From contig CANNGF010000004.1 of NCBI GenBank assembly GCA_947504155.1, positions 4,081 through 68,080 on the forward strand: DNA of 64,000 nucleotides, in the 5' to 3' direction. Under the pieces are notes generated by a model. That model had not been told where the DNA came from, made no database searches, and was given only the letters and a program-made list of their open reading frames with translations. This stretch comes from an uncultured Erythrobacter sp. (GTDB lineage Bacteria; Pseudomonadota; Alphaproteobacteria; Sphingomonadales; Sphingomonadaceae). Every line of letters begins with the position of its first letter. Within the stretch, counting starts at the first letter, position 1. A program made the position numbers and the translations under genes. Shown in pieces: positions 16,589 through 27,658 of the stretch.

Positions 16589-18580
16589 ATGAGTCTCGAC
16601 ACCGCTCGTATGGTCCAGATGGCCAACGCCATCAGGGCACTTTCGATGGACGCGGTACAGGCTGCAAACTCGGGTCACCCCGGCATGCCCATGGGTATGG
16701 CCGATGTGGCTACCGTGTTGTGGAGCGAGTATCTCAAGCACGATCCCGCAGCGCCTGATTGGGCTGACCGTGATCGTTTCGTATTGTCGGCCGGTCATGG
16801 TTCGATGCTGATCTACAGCTTGCTCCATCTGGCCGGCTATGCGCATCCGACGATGGAAGATATTCGTAATTTCCGTCAGCTTGGCAGCCCTTGCGCGGGG
16901 CATCCCGAGAATTTCCTGATCGATGGCATCGAGTGCACGACTGGCCCGTTGGGACAGGGTCTCGCGATGGCAGTCGGCATGGCGATCGCCGAACGCAAGC
17001 TTAACGCCGATTTCGGCGATGACCTTGTCGATCACCGCACTTGGGTGATTGCTGGCGACGGGTGCCTGATGGAAGGCATCAACCACGAAGCCATCGGACT
17101 GGCTGGCCATCTCAAGCTTGGCCGCATGAATGTACTTTGGGACGACAACCAGATCACGATCGATGGCTCGACCGGGCTTTCGACCAGCGAGGATATCAAA
17201 GCTCGCTACGAGGCCACCGGCTGGCATGTAGTTAGCTGCGATGGGCATGATTTCGATGATATCCGCCGCGCTTTGGACGAAGCGCAGGCTAGCGAGCGAC
17301 CCTCGCTGGTCGCCTGCCGCACGGTGATCGGCAAGGGCGCCCCAAGCAAGCAGGGTACAAGCGCAACTCATGGTGCACCATTGGGCGACGAGGAAATCTC
17401 TGCCGCGCGTGACGTGCTGGGTTGGGATGCGAAGCCTTTCGAAATTCCTGAGCAGGTTCTGTCGGACTGGCGCGGCACTGCTGCGCACGGGAAAAGCGCT
17501 CACGACGAATGGAAAAGCCGCTTTCTTGCAAATGGCGAGCGGGCGGAATTCGAGCGCCGCATGGCGGGCGACTTGCCCAAGACTTTCAGCCTCGACAACT
17601 ACATCCAGTCGCTGATGAAAGAGCCCGTCAAAGTCGCGACCCGCAAGGCGAGCGAAATGGCCTTGGCCCAGATCAATGGGCAACTTGCTGAAACCATCGG
17701 CGGAAGCGCCGATCTCACCGGTTCGAACAACACGAAGGCAGGTGGGATCGGCCCATTCACGGCTGACGATTATTCAGGTCGCTACATCTATTATGGCATC
17801 CGCGAGTTCGGAATGGCTGCGGCGATGAACGGTATGGCGCTCCATGGCGGTGTGATACCTTATGGCGGCACGTTTCTGGTCTTCACCGACTATTGCCGCG
17901 GAGCGATCCGGCTTTCAGCCCTGCAGCAGGCGCGCGCCATCTACGTGATGACGCATGATAGCATCGGCCTTGGCGAAGACGGTCCGACGCATCAGCCGAT
18001 CGAGCACGTGCAGAGCTTGCGGATGATCCCCAATCTTCTGGTCATGCGTCCTGCCGATGCGATTGAAACAGCAGAGTGCTGGGAAATCGCACTGCGTAAC
18101 AAAGACAGGCCAACGGTCCTTGCTCTGAGCCGCCAGAACCTTCCGCAGGTTCGGAACGCGCCGGACGAGACCGATATGTGCTCCAAGGGCGCGTACCGCC
18201 TGAAGAAGGCCGGTAACAAGCGCAAGGTGATCCTCATCGCAACCGGCTCGGAAGTGCATATCGCGCTGGAATGTGCAGAGGCTTTGGAAAAGCAGGGTGT
18301 AGGTGCGGATGTCGTTTCGATGGTCTGCACGCAACTGTTCGACGAGCAGGACGATGCTTACAAGGCGGATATTCTGCCCAACGTTGATCCGGGCGAAATC
18401 CTACGCGTCAGCATCGAGGCCGGAACGACCTTCGGTTGGGAACGCTACACGATGGCAAACGGTCTCAATATCGGGATCGACAGGTTCGGCGCTTCTGCGC
18501 CAGCTGATGACCTTTTCGAAAAATTCGGCATCACTGCAGATGCAATCGTGCCGCAAATCATGAACAAACTGAACGCTTAA
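16589..18580 (+). CDS. tkt: Transketolase
   Basis: SGHPGMPMG, GDGCLMEG and THDSIGLGEDGPTHQP motifs. Confidence 0.97.
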   Translation: MSLDTARMVQMANAIRALSMDAVQAANSGHPGMPMGMADVATVLWSEYLKHDPAAPDWADRDRFVLSAGHGSMLIYSLLHLAGYAHPTMEDIRNFRQLGSPCAGHPENFLIDGIECTTGPLGQGLAMAVGMAIAERKLNADFGDDLVDHRTWVIAGDGCLMEGINHEAIGLAGHLKLGRMNVLWDDNQITIDGSTGLSTSEDIKARYEATGWHVVSCDGHDFDDIRRALDEAQASERPSLVACRTVIGKGAPSKQGTSATHGAPLGDEEISAARDVLGWDAKPFEIPEQVLSDWRGTAAHGKSAHDEWKSRFLANGERAEFERRMAGDLPKTFSLDNYIQSLMKEPVKVATRKASEMALAQINGQLAETIGGSADLTGSNNTKAGGIGPFTADDYSGRYIYYGIREFGMAAAMNGMALHGGVIPYGGTFLVFTDYCRGAIRLSALQQARAIYVMTHDSIGLGEDGPTHQPIEHVQSLRMIPNLLVMRPADAIETAECWEIALRNKDRPTVLALSRQNLPQVRNAPDETDMCSKGAYRLKKAGNKRKVILIATGSEVHIALECAEALEKQGVGADVVSMVCTQLFDEQDDAYKADILPNVDPGEILRVSIEAGTTFGWERYTMANGLNIGIDRFGASAPADDLFEKFGITADAIVPQIMNKLNA

Positions 18581-18595
18581 GCAGGAGCTCTTCAC

Positions 18596-19603
18596 ATGGC
18601 TACCAAGGTTGCAATCAACGGTTTTGGACGTATCGGACGCCTCGTGGCACGCGCCATTCTGGAGCGGGATGATCACGATCTCGACCTGGTGTCGATCAAC
18701 GATCTCGCCGATACCAAGTCGAATGCGCTCCTGTTCCAGTATGACAGTACGCACGGCCGTTTCCCCGGTTCGGTCGAAGTCGATGGCGATGCAATCGTCG
18801 TCAACGGCAAGTCGATCAAGGTCACCAGCGAGCGCGATCCCGGCAATTTGCCTCATGGTGAGATGGGCATCGACATCGTCCTGGAATGCACGGGCTTCTT
18901 CCAGAGCCACGAAGCTGCAGAACCGCATCTCAAGGCAGGTGCCAAGCGCGTCCTGATATCCGCCCCGGCGAAGAACGTGTCCGCGACCATCGTCTACGGC
19001 GTGAACCACGAGACGCTGACTGCGGAAGACGTCATCGTGTCGAATGCAAGCTGCACCACCAACTGCCTTTCACCTATGGCCAAGGTGCTGCACGATACCG
19101 TGGGTATCGAACGCGGTTTTATGACCACGATCCACAGCTATACCAACGATCAGCGCATGCTCGACCAGATGCACAGCGACATGCGCCGTGCCCGCGGCGG
19201 TGCCCAGAACATGATCCCGACTACGACCGGTGCTGCCCGGGCAGTCGGCCTGGTGCTTCCTGAACTGGCCGGTAAGCTCGATGGCTCATCCGTCCGCGTA
19301 CCGACGCCGAACGTCAGCCTCGTCGACCTCGTGTTCACACCCGGTCGTGACACAAGCGTTGAGGAATTGAACGCAGCGCTGAAGGAAGCTGCAGAAGGCA
19401 AGATGAAGGGTGTGCTAGATTATACGGATCAGCCGCTCGTCAGCAGCGATTTCAACCATTATCCCGCCAGCTCGACCATCGACAGCCTCGAAACCAGCGT
19501 GATGGAGGGCAAGCTTGCCCGCGTCGTCAGCTGGTATGACAACGAATGGGGCTTCTCGAACCGCATGCTCGACACTGCGGGCGTGATGGCCAAGTTCCTC
19601 TAA
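18596..19603 (+). CDS. gap: Type I glyceraldehyde-3-phosphate dehydrogenase
   Basis: [19 protein letters not shown] and WYDNEWG motifs. Confidence 0.98.
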   Translation: MATKVAINGFGRIGRLVARAILERDDHDLDLVSINDLADTKSNALLFQYDSTHGRFPGSVEVDGDAIVVNGKSIKVTSERDPGNLPHGEMGIDIVLECTGFFQSHEAAEPHLKAGAKRVLISAPAKNVSATIVYGVNHETLTAEDVIVSNASCTTNCLSPMAKVLHDTVGIERGFMTTIHSYTNDQRMLDQMHSDMRRARGGAQNMIPTTTGAARAVGLVLPELAGKLDGSSVRVPTPNVSLVDLVFTPGRDTSVEELNAALKEAAEGKMKGVLDYTDQPLVSSDFNHYPASSTIDSLETSVMEGKLARVVSWYDNEWGFSNRMLDTAGVMAKFL

Positions 19604-19617
19604 GGAAAGCCTACCAA

Positions 19618-20817
19618 ATGAGCAGCTTCAAGACCCTGGATGACCTTGGCGACGTGACTGGCAAGGTCGCGCTCGTGCGCGTCGATTTGAACCTTCCGAT
19701 GCAGGAAGGGCGCGCCAGCGATGTCACCAGGGTCGAAGCTGCGATGCCGACGATCCTCGAACTGGCGAACAAAGGCGCAAAGGTTCTCTTGCTCGCCCAT
19801 TTCGGCCGTCCGAAAGGTCAACGCCATTCAACCATGAGTACCAGCATGGTGCAAGGCGACATCGAGCGGGTATTGGACCGAGAGATCATGTTCATCCCCG
19901 AGGTCATGGGCCCCGTGGTCGAGCAATCGATCGGCATCCTTTCCAATGGCGACATAGGCGTGCTCGACAATGTGCGGTTCTGGCCGGGTGAAGAGGCGAA
20001 CGATCCCGAATTCGCCAAGGGTATTGCCGCGCATGGCGATTTCTACGTTAACGATGCTTTCTCTGCCGCGCATCGTGCCCATGCATCGACGGAAGGGCTG
20101 GCGCACTATCTGCCAGCCTATGCCGGGCGGGCAATGGAAGCGGAACTGAAAGCTCTGGACGCCGCACTCGGTAGCCCCGAGCAGCCGGTTGCTGCCGTTG
20201 TAGGCGGGGCGAAGGTTTCGACCAAGCTCGACGTACTCGAAAATCTCGTCGGCAGGGTCCAGCACCTGATAATCGGCGGCGGCATGGCCAACACCTTCCT
20301 TGCCGCACGCGGCGTGAACGTCGGCAAATCACTGTGTGAGCACGATCTCACCGACACGGCCAACCGGATCATGGACCAGGCCGATCACGCCGGATGCACC
20401 GTGCACCTCCCTTATGACGTAGTGGTAGCGAAGGAATTTGCCGCCAATCCGACGAGCATGCGGACATGTAACGTCCACGAGGTTGCCGAAGACGAGATGA
20501 TTCTCGATGTGGGGCCGCTCGCTGCGGAAGCGCTTGGCGATGTGCTCAAGACCTGTCGTACTCTGGTCTGGAACGGCCCCATGGGTGCGTTCGAAACCGA
20601 ACCGTTCGACACGGCCACAGTGGCGCTAGCCAAGACAGCGGCTGCGCTCACCCAGGACGGTTCCCTGATCTCGGTCGCCGGAGGAGGGGACACTGTCGCT
20701 GCGCTCGCGCATGCCGGTGTGAAGGATGACTTCACCTTCGTATCGACCGCAGGCGGCGCTTTCCTCGAATGGATGGAAGGCAAGGATTTACCCGGCGTTG
20801 CAGCGCTGGCCAAATGA
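19618..20817 (+). CDS. pgk: Phosphoglycerate kinase
   Basis: RVDLNLP, NDAFSAAHRAH, GGGDT and STAGGAFLE motifs. Confidence 0.97.
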   Translation: MSSFKTLDDLGDVTGKVALVRVDLNLPMQEGRASDVTRVEAAMPTILELANKGAKVLLLAHFGRPKGQRHSTMSTSMVQGDIERVLDREIMFIPEVMGPVVEQSIGILSNGDIGVLDNVRFWPGEEANDPEFAKGIAAHGDFYVNDAFSAAHRAHASTEGLAHYLPAYAGRAMEAELKALDAALGSPEQPVAAVVGGAKVSTKLDVLENLVGRVQHLIIGGGMANTFLAARGVNVGKSLCEHDLTDTANRIMDQADHAGCTVHLPYDVVVAKEFAANPTSMRTCNVHEVAEDEMILDVGPLAAEALGDVLKTCRTLVWNGPMGAFETEPFDTATVALAKTAAALTQDGSLISVAGGGDTVAALAHAGVKDDFTFVSTAGGAFLEWMEGKDLPGVAALAK

Positions 20818-21272
20818 GCGAAAACAAAGCGGTTGGGTCCGGCGGTGGGCTGACGCCTGTCACCGAAGGTGAATTTGCCGGCTGGTCCGAGTGGAGCGGG
20901 GACGCATTCGAACAGCGTGCCGGTCCATTCTATGAGCGGCGCGACGAGGACGGATCCCATATCTCTGCCTTCCGTGCTGAAGAGCGACACATGAACGGCG
21001 CGGGCTTTATGCACGGCGGCTGCCTCATGACATTCGCCGATAGTGCGCTGTTCACCATTGCGACCGACGCTCTGGCCGGCTCTCACGGGGTTACCATGCA
21101 CCTTGCAGGGGACTTTCTGGATCCAGCGCGCTGCGGCCAGCTAATCGAAGCGCGGGGCGAAGTTGTCCGTGCTGGCGGAAAGACGATTTATGTCGTCGGC
21201 AAGATTACCGCTGATGGTCAGCCGGTGCTCAGCTTCAACGGCATCATTCGGAAGATTAGCCGCCGGGACTGA
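20814..21272 (+). CDS. PaaI family (hotdog) thioesterase
   Basis: NGAGFMHGGCLMTFAD motif; ATGA overlap with pgk. Confidence 0.85.
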   Translation: MSENKAVGSGGGLTPVTEGEFAGWSEWSGDAFEQRAGPFYERRDEDGSHISAFRAEERHMNGAGFMHGGCLMTFADSALFTIATDALAGSHGVTMHLAGDFLDPARCGQLIEARGEVVRAGGKTIYVVGKITADGQPVLSFNGIIRKISRRD

Positions 21273-22031
21273 TCAACGATATTCGGGATTGGGCGCATCG
21301 AAACGATGTCCGTCCTGCCAGAGATCGACAGAGTTTCCCCAGGCCGGGATCCCGCCTGCATCCTTCAGCATGCGCGCCATGTGCATCAGGTTCCATGTCA
21401 TGAAAGTCGTGTTGCGGCGGGTAAAGTCATTGTCGAACCCCACGTAACCAGCGCTATCCCCCTTAGGGTCACCATAGCTGGGCCCAGGGCCTGCTTCCCC
21501 TATCCAACCCGCATCGGCTTGAGGCGGAATGGTATAGCCCACATGCTGGAGGGAGTAGAGCACCCCCATACCGACGTGCTTGATGCCGTCTTCATTGCCG
21601 GTCACGATGCAGCCGCCTACTTTTCCGTAAAAAACATACTGGCCCTGCTCGTTCGTCTGACCTGAATGCCCGTAAAGGCGTTCTATCAGACGCTGACAGA
21701 TGCTCGACTTTTCACCCAGCCAGATTGGTGTCCCGACAACCAGAATGTCGGCCGCCTCGACCTTTTCCCAGATCGCTGGCCAATCGTCGCTCTGCGCACC
21801 ATGCTCCGTCATATCGGGATAGACCCCGGGCGCGATATCGTGATCGACCAGCCTGACCTGTTCGAGGGCTACCTGATTTCTCACCAAAATCGCCTCCACC
21901 ACACCAAGGAGTTTATCTGTGTGGGAGCCCTGGGGCGATGGCTTGAGCGTGCAGTTGATCGTCAATGCTTTGAGGTTGGAAAAATCGGTCCGGTTTTTGT
22001 CGCAAAGCTTCTGCTGGGTTTCGTCTAACAT
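21273..22031 (-). CDS. Flavodoxin / NADPH-dependent FMN reductase family protein
   Basis: NCTLK...SHT, GTPIWLG and GNEDG motifs; start MLDETQQ. Confidence 0.8.
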   Translation of the reverse strand: MLDETQQKLCDKNRTDFSNLKALTINCTLKPSPQGSHTDKLLGVVEAILVRNQVALEQVRLVDHDIAPGVYPDMTEHGAQSDDWPAIWEKVEAADILVVGTPIWLGEKSSICQRLIERLYGHSGQTNEQGQYVFYGKVGGCIVTGNEDGIKHVGMGVLYSLQHVGYTIPPQADAGWIGEAGPGPSYGDPKGDSAGYVGFDNDFTRRNTTFMTWNLMHMARMLKDAGGIPAWGNSVDLWQDGHRFDAPNPEYR

Positions 22032-22167
22032 ACGTTCTCCTCTCGCTTGTTGGAGATACGATATGTGACGCGATAAGTTGCCCGCGCCCTGTTGCAGGTG
22101 CGAATATCGTTTTGTATGGGCGGTGCATACGAATGCAGACTTGGCTCTACACGACGGGAATACAGAT

Positions 22168-23055
22168 ATGACTTTCGATGAAATGCGCGAGCGTATTGCG
22201 ACTGGGCAGGGCTTCATTGCGGCGCTCGACCAGTCGGGTGGCTCAACTCCCAAAGCGCTTCATGGCTATGGAGTCGAAGAAGGCGAATGGAGCGGCGATG
22301 AACAGATGTTCGGCCTTATCCACGAAATGCGTCAGCGCATTATCGAAAGCCCCTGTTTCGGTAATGGTAAGGTTATCGGCGCGATCCTGTTCGAAAAAAC
22401 CATGGACGGAGAGAGCGGCGGAAAAAGCGTTCCCGCGCGCCTCAAGGAACGCGGCATCGTCCCCTTTCTGAAAGTCGACAAGGGCCTTGAAGACGAGCGC
22501 GACGGCGCGCAGTTGATGAAGGAAAACCCCGAGCTCGAAAGTCTTTGCCGACGTGCGAAGGAACTGGGCGTCTTCGGAACCAAGATGCGCAGCGTAATCA
22601 AGTCTGCCAATCCGGTCGGCATCAAGGAAGCCGTGCGCCAGCAATTTGCGGAAGGTGCACGTATCCTCGCCTGCGGCCTCGTCCCCATGCTTGAACCCGA
22701 ATACGACATCAACGCGGCCGATCGCGCTGAAGGCGAGAAGATCATGCTCGATGCCATCGTTGAAGGGCTCGATGCGTTGCCCGATGATCAGCAGGTCATG
22801 CTCAAGCTATCCATTCCCAAAGACGCCGGGCTTTATGCCGATCTGGTGAAGCACCCCAAGGTGCTGCGCATGGTCGCTCTATCGGGCGGCTATTCGACAG
22901 AGGATGCCTGCGCGGAACTGGCCAAGAACCCGGGCATGATCGCAAGCTTCAGCCGCGGCCTCTTGCAGGATCTCCGCAAGCAACAGAGCGATGCGGAATT
23001 CGATGGGACGCTGTCGGGCGCGATCGACCAGATCCACGCGGCCAGCGTAACCTGA
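22168..23055 (+). CDS. fba: Class I fructose-bisphosphate aldolase
   Basis: ALDQSGGSTPKAL, KVDKGL, GTKMRS and ALSGGY motifs. Confidence 0.93.
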   Translation: MTFDEMRERIATGQGFIAALDQSGGSTPKALHGYGVEEGEWSGDEQMFGLIHEMRQRIIESPCFGNGKVIGAILFEKTMDGESGGKSVPARLKERGIVPFLKVDKGLEDERDGAQLMKENPELESLCRRAKELGVFGTKMRSVIKSANPVGIKEAVRQQFAEGARILACGLVPMLEPEYDINAADRAEGEKIMLDAIVEGLDALPDDQQVMLKLSIPKDAGLYADLVKHPKVLRMVALSGGYSTEDACAELAKNPGMIASFSRGLLQDLRKQQSDAEFDGTLSGAIDQIHAASVT

Positions 23056-23075
23056 TCAGAAGCGTATGTGCGGCG

Positions 23076-23468
23076 TTATCGCCGCTCGTACACAAAGCGA
23101 TACTCGGCCGGCTGCGTCTCGCGGTCGGCCTGCTTTTCCGGAACGCCGGATACCAACACGTAATTGCGGCCAAGGATTTCATGGGGCTTGTCCAGCGTGA
23201 GTTCCGCTGTCTGTGCCCAATGCGTCGAAGTGATCCGCGTGGATACCTTGAGTTCGCCCGCCCGAATGCAATTCGTATTCTGCGGACAGCGGCTGTCCTC
23301 GGTAACGGCGAGCGGGGTCAGGATCGCATCGCCAGCCCAAACGGATTGACCTATCCCGACCGGGGTTCCTTGTGCGGCCGCGTCCTGACCGACACGCGGT
23401 GTATCGGGAATGATCGCACAGGAAGCGAGAGGAAGGGCGATAAGCGCAAGGGCTAAAGGTCTGATCAT
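23076..23468 (-). CDS. Hypothetical lipoprotein
   Basis: Lipobox LASC; EDSRCP...C motif. Confidence 0.7.
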   Translation of the reverse strand: MIRPLALALIALPLASCAIIPDTPRVGQDAAAQGTPVGIGQSVWAGDAILTPLAVTEDSRCPQNTNCIRAGELKVSTRITSTHWAQTAELTLDKPHEILGRNYVLVSGVPEKQADRETQPAEYRFVYERR

Positions 23469-23547
23469 GCCGCTCTCTTAGGCTTAGCTTGCATTGCGCC
23501 AATCTGAATGTCGACGAAAGCCTAATCGGAGGGTACGAGGCGACGCA

Positions 23548-24180
23548 ATGACACGGCAAATTCCAACGCAGCTTTATCTCATCTCGCCACTGGACGTTTC
23601 GGGGGACTTTCCCAAACGACTTGAGCGTGCGCTCGACGCGGGCGAAGGACTGGTCACCGCTTTCCAGTTCAGGGTAAAGGGACTGGACCAGCACGAGGCT
23701 GCGGCGCTGGCTGAACCGCTTCAGCAAATTTGCGCAGAGCGTGAAGTGGCTTTCATCGTGAACGATTCAATCCCGCTGGCTAAGCGCCTCAAGGCGGACG
23801 GCGTGCATCTGGGCCAAGGCGATGGCGATGTCGCCGAGGCTCGGGAAGAGCTGGGCAGGGAGGCCCAAATCGGGGTAACCTGTCACGCATCGCGCCACCT
23901 GGCCATCGAAGCAGGAGAGGCCGGGGCCGATTATGTCGCTTTCGGCGCCTTTTTCGACAGCGAAACAAAAGACACAGAACATCGCGCAGGGCTTGATCTG
24001 ATCGAATGGTGGACCTCTCTGGTCGAGATTCCGAGTGTAGCGATCGGTGGCATCACCCCATCCAACTGCAAGCCCCTTGTGGATGCCGGGGCAGACTTTC
24101 TCGCGGTGTCGAGTGCCGTGTGGTCGGGCGATGAAGTTGCAGCCGTCAAAGCCTTCAAGGAGCAAATCTCCGGCGCGTGA
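23548..24180 (+). CDS. thiE: Thiamine-phosphate synthase
   Basis: QFRVK, IVND, DGVHLGQGD, DYVAFG and AIGGIT motifs. Confidence 0.93.
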   Translation: MTRQIPTQLYLISPLDVSGDFPKRLERALDAGEGLVTAFQFRVKGLDQHEAAALAEPLQQICAEREVAFIVNDSIPLAKRLKADGVHLGQGDGDVAEAREELGREAQIGVTCHASRHLAIEAGEAGADYVAFGAFFDSETKDTEHRAGLDLIEWWTSLVEIPSVAIGGITPSNCKPLVDAGADFLAVSSAVWSGDEVAAVKAFKEQISGA

Positions 24181-24238
24181 GTTGTGTCTCGTGAAACGGG
24201 GTGGGTCGCCTCCCCGCACTATTTCAGGAGAAGACTCC

Positions 24239-25477
24239 ATGCGTAATATGCTTTTCGTCGCCGTATCATCGCTCGCCCTTGTCGCCTGTGGCACAAATGA
24301 TGCCGAAGACAGTGCTGCCGCCGACACAACTGCGCAGTCGCAGCCGAGCGAAGACTATGGCTACGAAACATACGATGACGATAACCTCGCTGACACCATG
24401 GCGTCGAATGACGACGCCTACGGGCTGGGCGATTCCGTAGCTACGGAAGATCAGGACATCCCCGATAGCCAGGATCGGCCGGTGATGCAGGCGCAGGTCG
24501 TGCTGGACCGCATCGGTTTCGGCCCCGGCGTTATCGACGGTAAGATGGGCATGAGCACCGAGAACGCGCTCAACGGCTTTCAGGAGGCCAACGACCTGAA
24601 GGTCACGGGCGAACTGGATGAAGCGACAAAAACTGCGTTGTCCGATTGGGATTCGATCCCCGCGACGCGCGTCGTCACCATACCGAGCAGCTGGGGCCAA
24701 ACCGATTACGTCAACATTCCGGAAGACCCCGAAGGCAAGGCCGAGCTCAAGCGGATGGGTTACAAATCGCTCGACGAGCGGCTGGCCGAACGTTTCCATA
24801 CCACGGTTGAAGTCCTGAAAATGCTCAACCCTGGCGGGAAGCCAGCCGGGATAGACGGTTCTTCCACTTCCGGCTCCGGTGCGTCCGATACCGAGAAAAC
24901 CAATTCATCCAGCTCCAACTCCACCTCAAAGACCGCCGATTTCTTTACCGCAGGGCAGCAGATCCGCGTGCCGAACATCGGCAACGATCGGATCGCGAAG
25001 GGCAAGGTCGAGGACCGCGACTGGCAGCATACGCTTGCCAGCCTGGGTATCGGCACGGACCAGCCCGAAGTCGACAAGGTCGTCGTCAGCAAGGCTGGCA
25101 AGACACTGAAGGCCTATCAGGGCGACAAGCTGGTAGCCCTGTTCACGGTGAGCTCCGGCTCGAGCCAGTTCCCGCTGCCGATTGGCGAATGGGACATCGT
25201 GGGAGAAGCCTACAATCCGCCTTACAGCTACGATCCCGAAGTTCTTTCAGGCGGCAAGGAAGACGGTGAGACCTTCAAGCTACCTCCCGGACCCAACAGT
25301 CCGGTGGGCGTGGTCTGGATCGACCTATCGAAAGAGCATTACGGTATCCACGGTACACCCGATCCGGAAACGATCGGCCGCGCCCAATCGAGCGGCTGTG
25401 TACGCCTGACCAATTGGGATGCCGCACGGCTTGCAGGCATGGTCTCGCAATCAACTCAGGTGATTTTCGAGGCCTGA
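24239..25477 (+). CDS. L,D-transpeptidase family lipoprotein with peptidoglycan-binding domain
   Basis: Lipobox LVAC; PG-binding DGKMG repeat; YkuD motif HGT...SSGCVR. Confidence 0.88.
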   Translation: MRNMLFVAVSSLALVACGTNDAEDSAAADTTAQSQPSEDYGYETYDDDNLADTMASNDDAYGLGDSVATEDQDIPDSQDRPVMQAQVVLDRIGFGPGVIDGKMGMSTENALNGFQEANDLKVTGELDEATKTALSDWDSIPATRVVTIPSSWGQTDYVNIPEDPEGKAELKRMGYKSLDERLAERFHTTVEVLKMLNPGGKPAGIDGSSTSGSGASDTEKTNSSSSNSTSKTADFFTAGQQIRVPNIGNDRIAKGKVEDRDWQHTLASLGIGTDQPEVDKVVVSKAGKTLKAYQGDKLVALFTVSSGSSQFPLPIGEWDIVGEAYNPPYSYDPEVLSGGKEDGETFKLPPGPNSPVGVVWIDLSKEHYGIHGTPDPETIGRAQSSGCVRLTNWDAARLAGMVSQSTQVIFEA

Positions 25478-25494
25478 AGGGGTAGGGACGGCCC

Positions 25495-26196
25495 ATGAAC
25501 ATAGTCGACCGCCTTCTGACCATCGTCGTCACCGCCACGATAACCAGTGCAATCTGGATCGTGGCGGGCGGCAGCCTCATCGAAAATGCGACTGCCGATG
25601 GTCAGCGCAATACCACCCGGCCCGCCGATGCTGCGCCGAGCCCTTCACCGACCACCACCGGTTCGGCAGATGATGGTTCGGAAACGCCTGTTTCCGACCA
25701 GGCTCGCAATGCCGCCCCACTCAACACCGATTTTGCGCAACCGGTCGACGAACGCGCCGCCAGGGAACTGATGATCCCGGTCCTCAATGTACGGCCTTCG
25801 GAACTGTCGGACACCTATACCGATTCGCGCGGCGGCGGAGAGCGGTTGCACGAGGCCATCGATATCATGGCTCCGACGGGAACATCCGTAGTTGCCGCGG
25901 CGCCCGGCGTGATCGAGAAGCTGTTCGAATCCGATGCCGGGGGCATGACGATTTACGTCCGCTCGAACGATGGGCGCACAATCCACTATTACGCGCATCT
26001 GGATAAATATGCCGAAGGGCTAAAAGAAGGGCAGAAGGTCCGCCGCGGGCAGCGGTTGGGAGAGGTAGGCTCCAGCGGCAATGCTTCGGCCGACGCGCCG
26101 CATCTCCATTTCGCGATCCTCCAGACCACTAAGGATGCTGCGTGGTGGGAACCGGCCAATGCGGTCAATCCCTACCCGCTTCTGAGCCAGCAATAG
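25495..26196 (+). CDS. M23 family metallopeptidase
   Basis: HEAID (HxxxD), YAHL and PHLHF motifs. Confidence 0.9.
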   Translation: MNIVDRLLTIVVTATITSAIWIVAGGSLIENATADGQRNTTRPADAAPSPSPTTTGSADDGSETPVSDQARNAAPLNTDFAQPVDERAARELMIPVLNVRPSELSDTYTDSRGGGERLHEAIDIMAPTGTSVVAAAPGVIEKLFESDAGGMTIYVRSNDGRTIHYYAHLDKYAEGLKEGQKVRRGQRLGEVGSSGNASADAPHLHFAILQTTKDAAWWEPANAVNPYPLLSQQ

Positions 26197-26205
26197 AAGC
26201 CGGGA

Positions 26206-26568
26206 TTATTTCGTCAGTGGTCCGGCGCGGTGGCAGCGCATGCGGCCCAGCTTTCCCGCCTTGTCGATCTCTTGAAGCATTCCGCTGGAAACGCGCATCA
26301 TCTGCATGCCCTTCATGGGCCCGCGCGTGAAGGTGAGCCTGCGCCCTTCCAGAAGATAGGTGCCGGCACCATGGCGAGCCTTGTAGCTGGACGCGCCAGT
26401 GATCGAGAAATTCGCGCGCTCGACCTCGTTCCAGGCAGATCCGTCCGCATTCCCGGGCAGCGCGCACACATAATCTCCCTGCGGCAGTAGCCCCAGTCGG
26501 CCCTGCGCAAGCGTGGGCGAGGCGGTCAGAGCCGCGATGGTCATCAAAGCGATGGACAGTCTTTTCAT
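26206..26568 (-). CDS. Hypothetical secreted protein
   Basis: Signal peptide MKRLSIALM...AQ; two Cys. Confidence 0.65.
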   Translation of the reverse strand: MKRLSIALMTIAALTASPTLAQGRLGLLPQGDYVCALPGNADGSAWNEVERANFSITGASSYKARHGAGTYLLEGRRLTFTRGPMKGMQMMRVSSGMLQEIDKAGKLGRMRCHRAGPLTK

Positions 26569-26708
26569 GTCATGGCCTCCATCAGGCGAGATAGGGAATG
26601 CATTGCAAAATTTCCACCGCCTTGCCGAGCGTGTCGCCAAGCTGTAAGGCGCGCACCACATGGCTGACCGCCGAAGCGGCAGCGCTCTTTCACATCGAGG
26701 CATTTCTC

Positions 26709-27272
26709 ATGAAGATCAGCGGCGTGGACATCCGTCCCGGCAATATCATCGAATATGAAGGCGGCATCTGGAAGGTCGCCAAGATCCAGCACACCCAGCC
26801 CGGCAAGGGCGGCGCCTACATGCAGGTCGAAATGAAGAACCTGCAGGATGGCCGCAAGACCAACGTGCGCTTCCGCAGCGCCGACACGGTCGAGAAGGTG
26901 CGTCTGGACACTGCCGAATACCAGTTCCTTTATGAAGACGGCGACATGCTCGTATTCATGGACCAGCAGAATTACGAGCAGATCACTCTGCCGTCCGACC
27001 TGCTTGGCGATGCCCGCCCGTTCCTTCAGGACGGTATGCAGGTGAAGCTGGAACTGTGGGAAGAAAAGCCCATCTCGGTCGAACTTCCGCAGCAGATCGA
27101 GGCTGAAATCGTCGAAGCCGATGCCGTGGTCAAAGGCCAGACTGCTTCCTCCAGCTACAAGCCCGCCGTGCTCGACAATGGCGTTCGCATCATGGTCCCG
27201 CCGCACATCGAAAGCGGTACGCGGATCATCGTCGACGTGTACGAGCAAAGCTACGTCGGCAAGGCGAGCTAA
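26709..27272 (+). CDS. efp: Elongation factor P
   Basis: PGKGG loop and YKPA...VPP motif. Confidence 0.97.
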   Translation: MKISGVDIRPGNIIEYEGGIWKVAKIQHTQPGKGGAYMQVEMKNLQDGRKTNVRFRSADTVEKVRLDTAEYQFLYEDGDMLVFMDQQNYEQITLPSDLLGDARPFLQDGMQVKLELWEEKPISVELPQQIEAEIVEADAVVKGQTASSSYKPAVLDNGVRIMVPPHIESGTRIIVDVYEQSYVGKAS

Positions 27273-27295
27273 GGGCAAGTCAAGGAGTCGCTCTC

Positions 27296-27649
27296 ATGGG
27301 CAAATCGATCGCCAGTCGTTTCGACAATATCGACATCGAGAAAAGCACCCTGCGTGCTGTCATCATCAACGATGACGAATTGACGCTGGAAATGGATTTC
27401 TGCCTCGAGCCGGCGCATCCCGATTATGAAGAGCCGGGCGAAGGGGACGATTGCTGTTTCCACCCTGGCCTTCTGAAATTCGCTGGCATCAGCAAGCTCC
27501 AGCTCGACCGACGCGACAATGCGGGCGAGGGCATGCAGCGCCGTTTCGCGATCGAGACCTTTCACATTGAGGGCACGAAGTTCGACATGGCCTGCGAGTG
27601 GGGTAACATTCATCTGCAGGCGCGCTCGATCCGCGTCCTTACCGAATAA
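27296..27649 (+). CDS. Hypothetical protein
   Basis: 117 aa ORF with GGAG RBS, filling the gap between efp and suhB. Confidence 0.6.
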   Translation: MGKSIASRFDNIDIEKSTLRAVIINDDELTLEMDFCLEPAHPDYEEPGEGDDCCFHPGLLKFAGISKLQLDRRDNAGEGMQRRFAIETFHIEGTKFDMACEWGNIHLQARSIRVLTE

Positions 27650-27658
27650 GAGATAACA

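Noticed and set aside
16493-17683. Long antisense ORF over tkt (also 30769-31953, 51600-52511, 53916-55262, 57944-58942, 622-1641)
   Set aside because: Shadow frames opposite well-supported genes, expected from high-GC codon bias; no motifs.
21273-22031. Flavodoxin gene interrupting tkt-gap-pgk-fba as a mobile insertion
   Set aside because: No terminal repeats, duplication or compositional shift seen; likely an old rearrangement.
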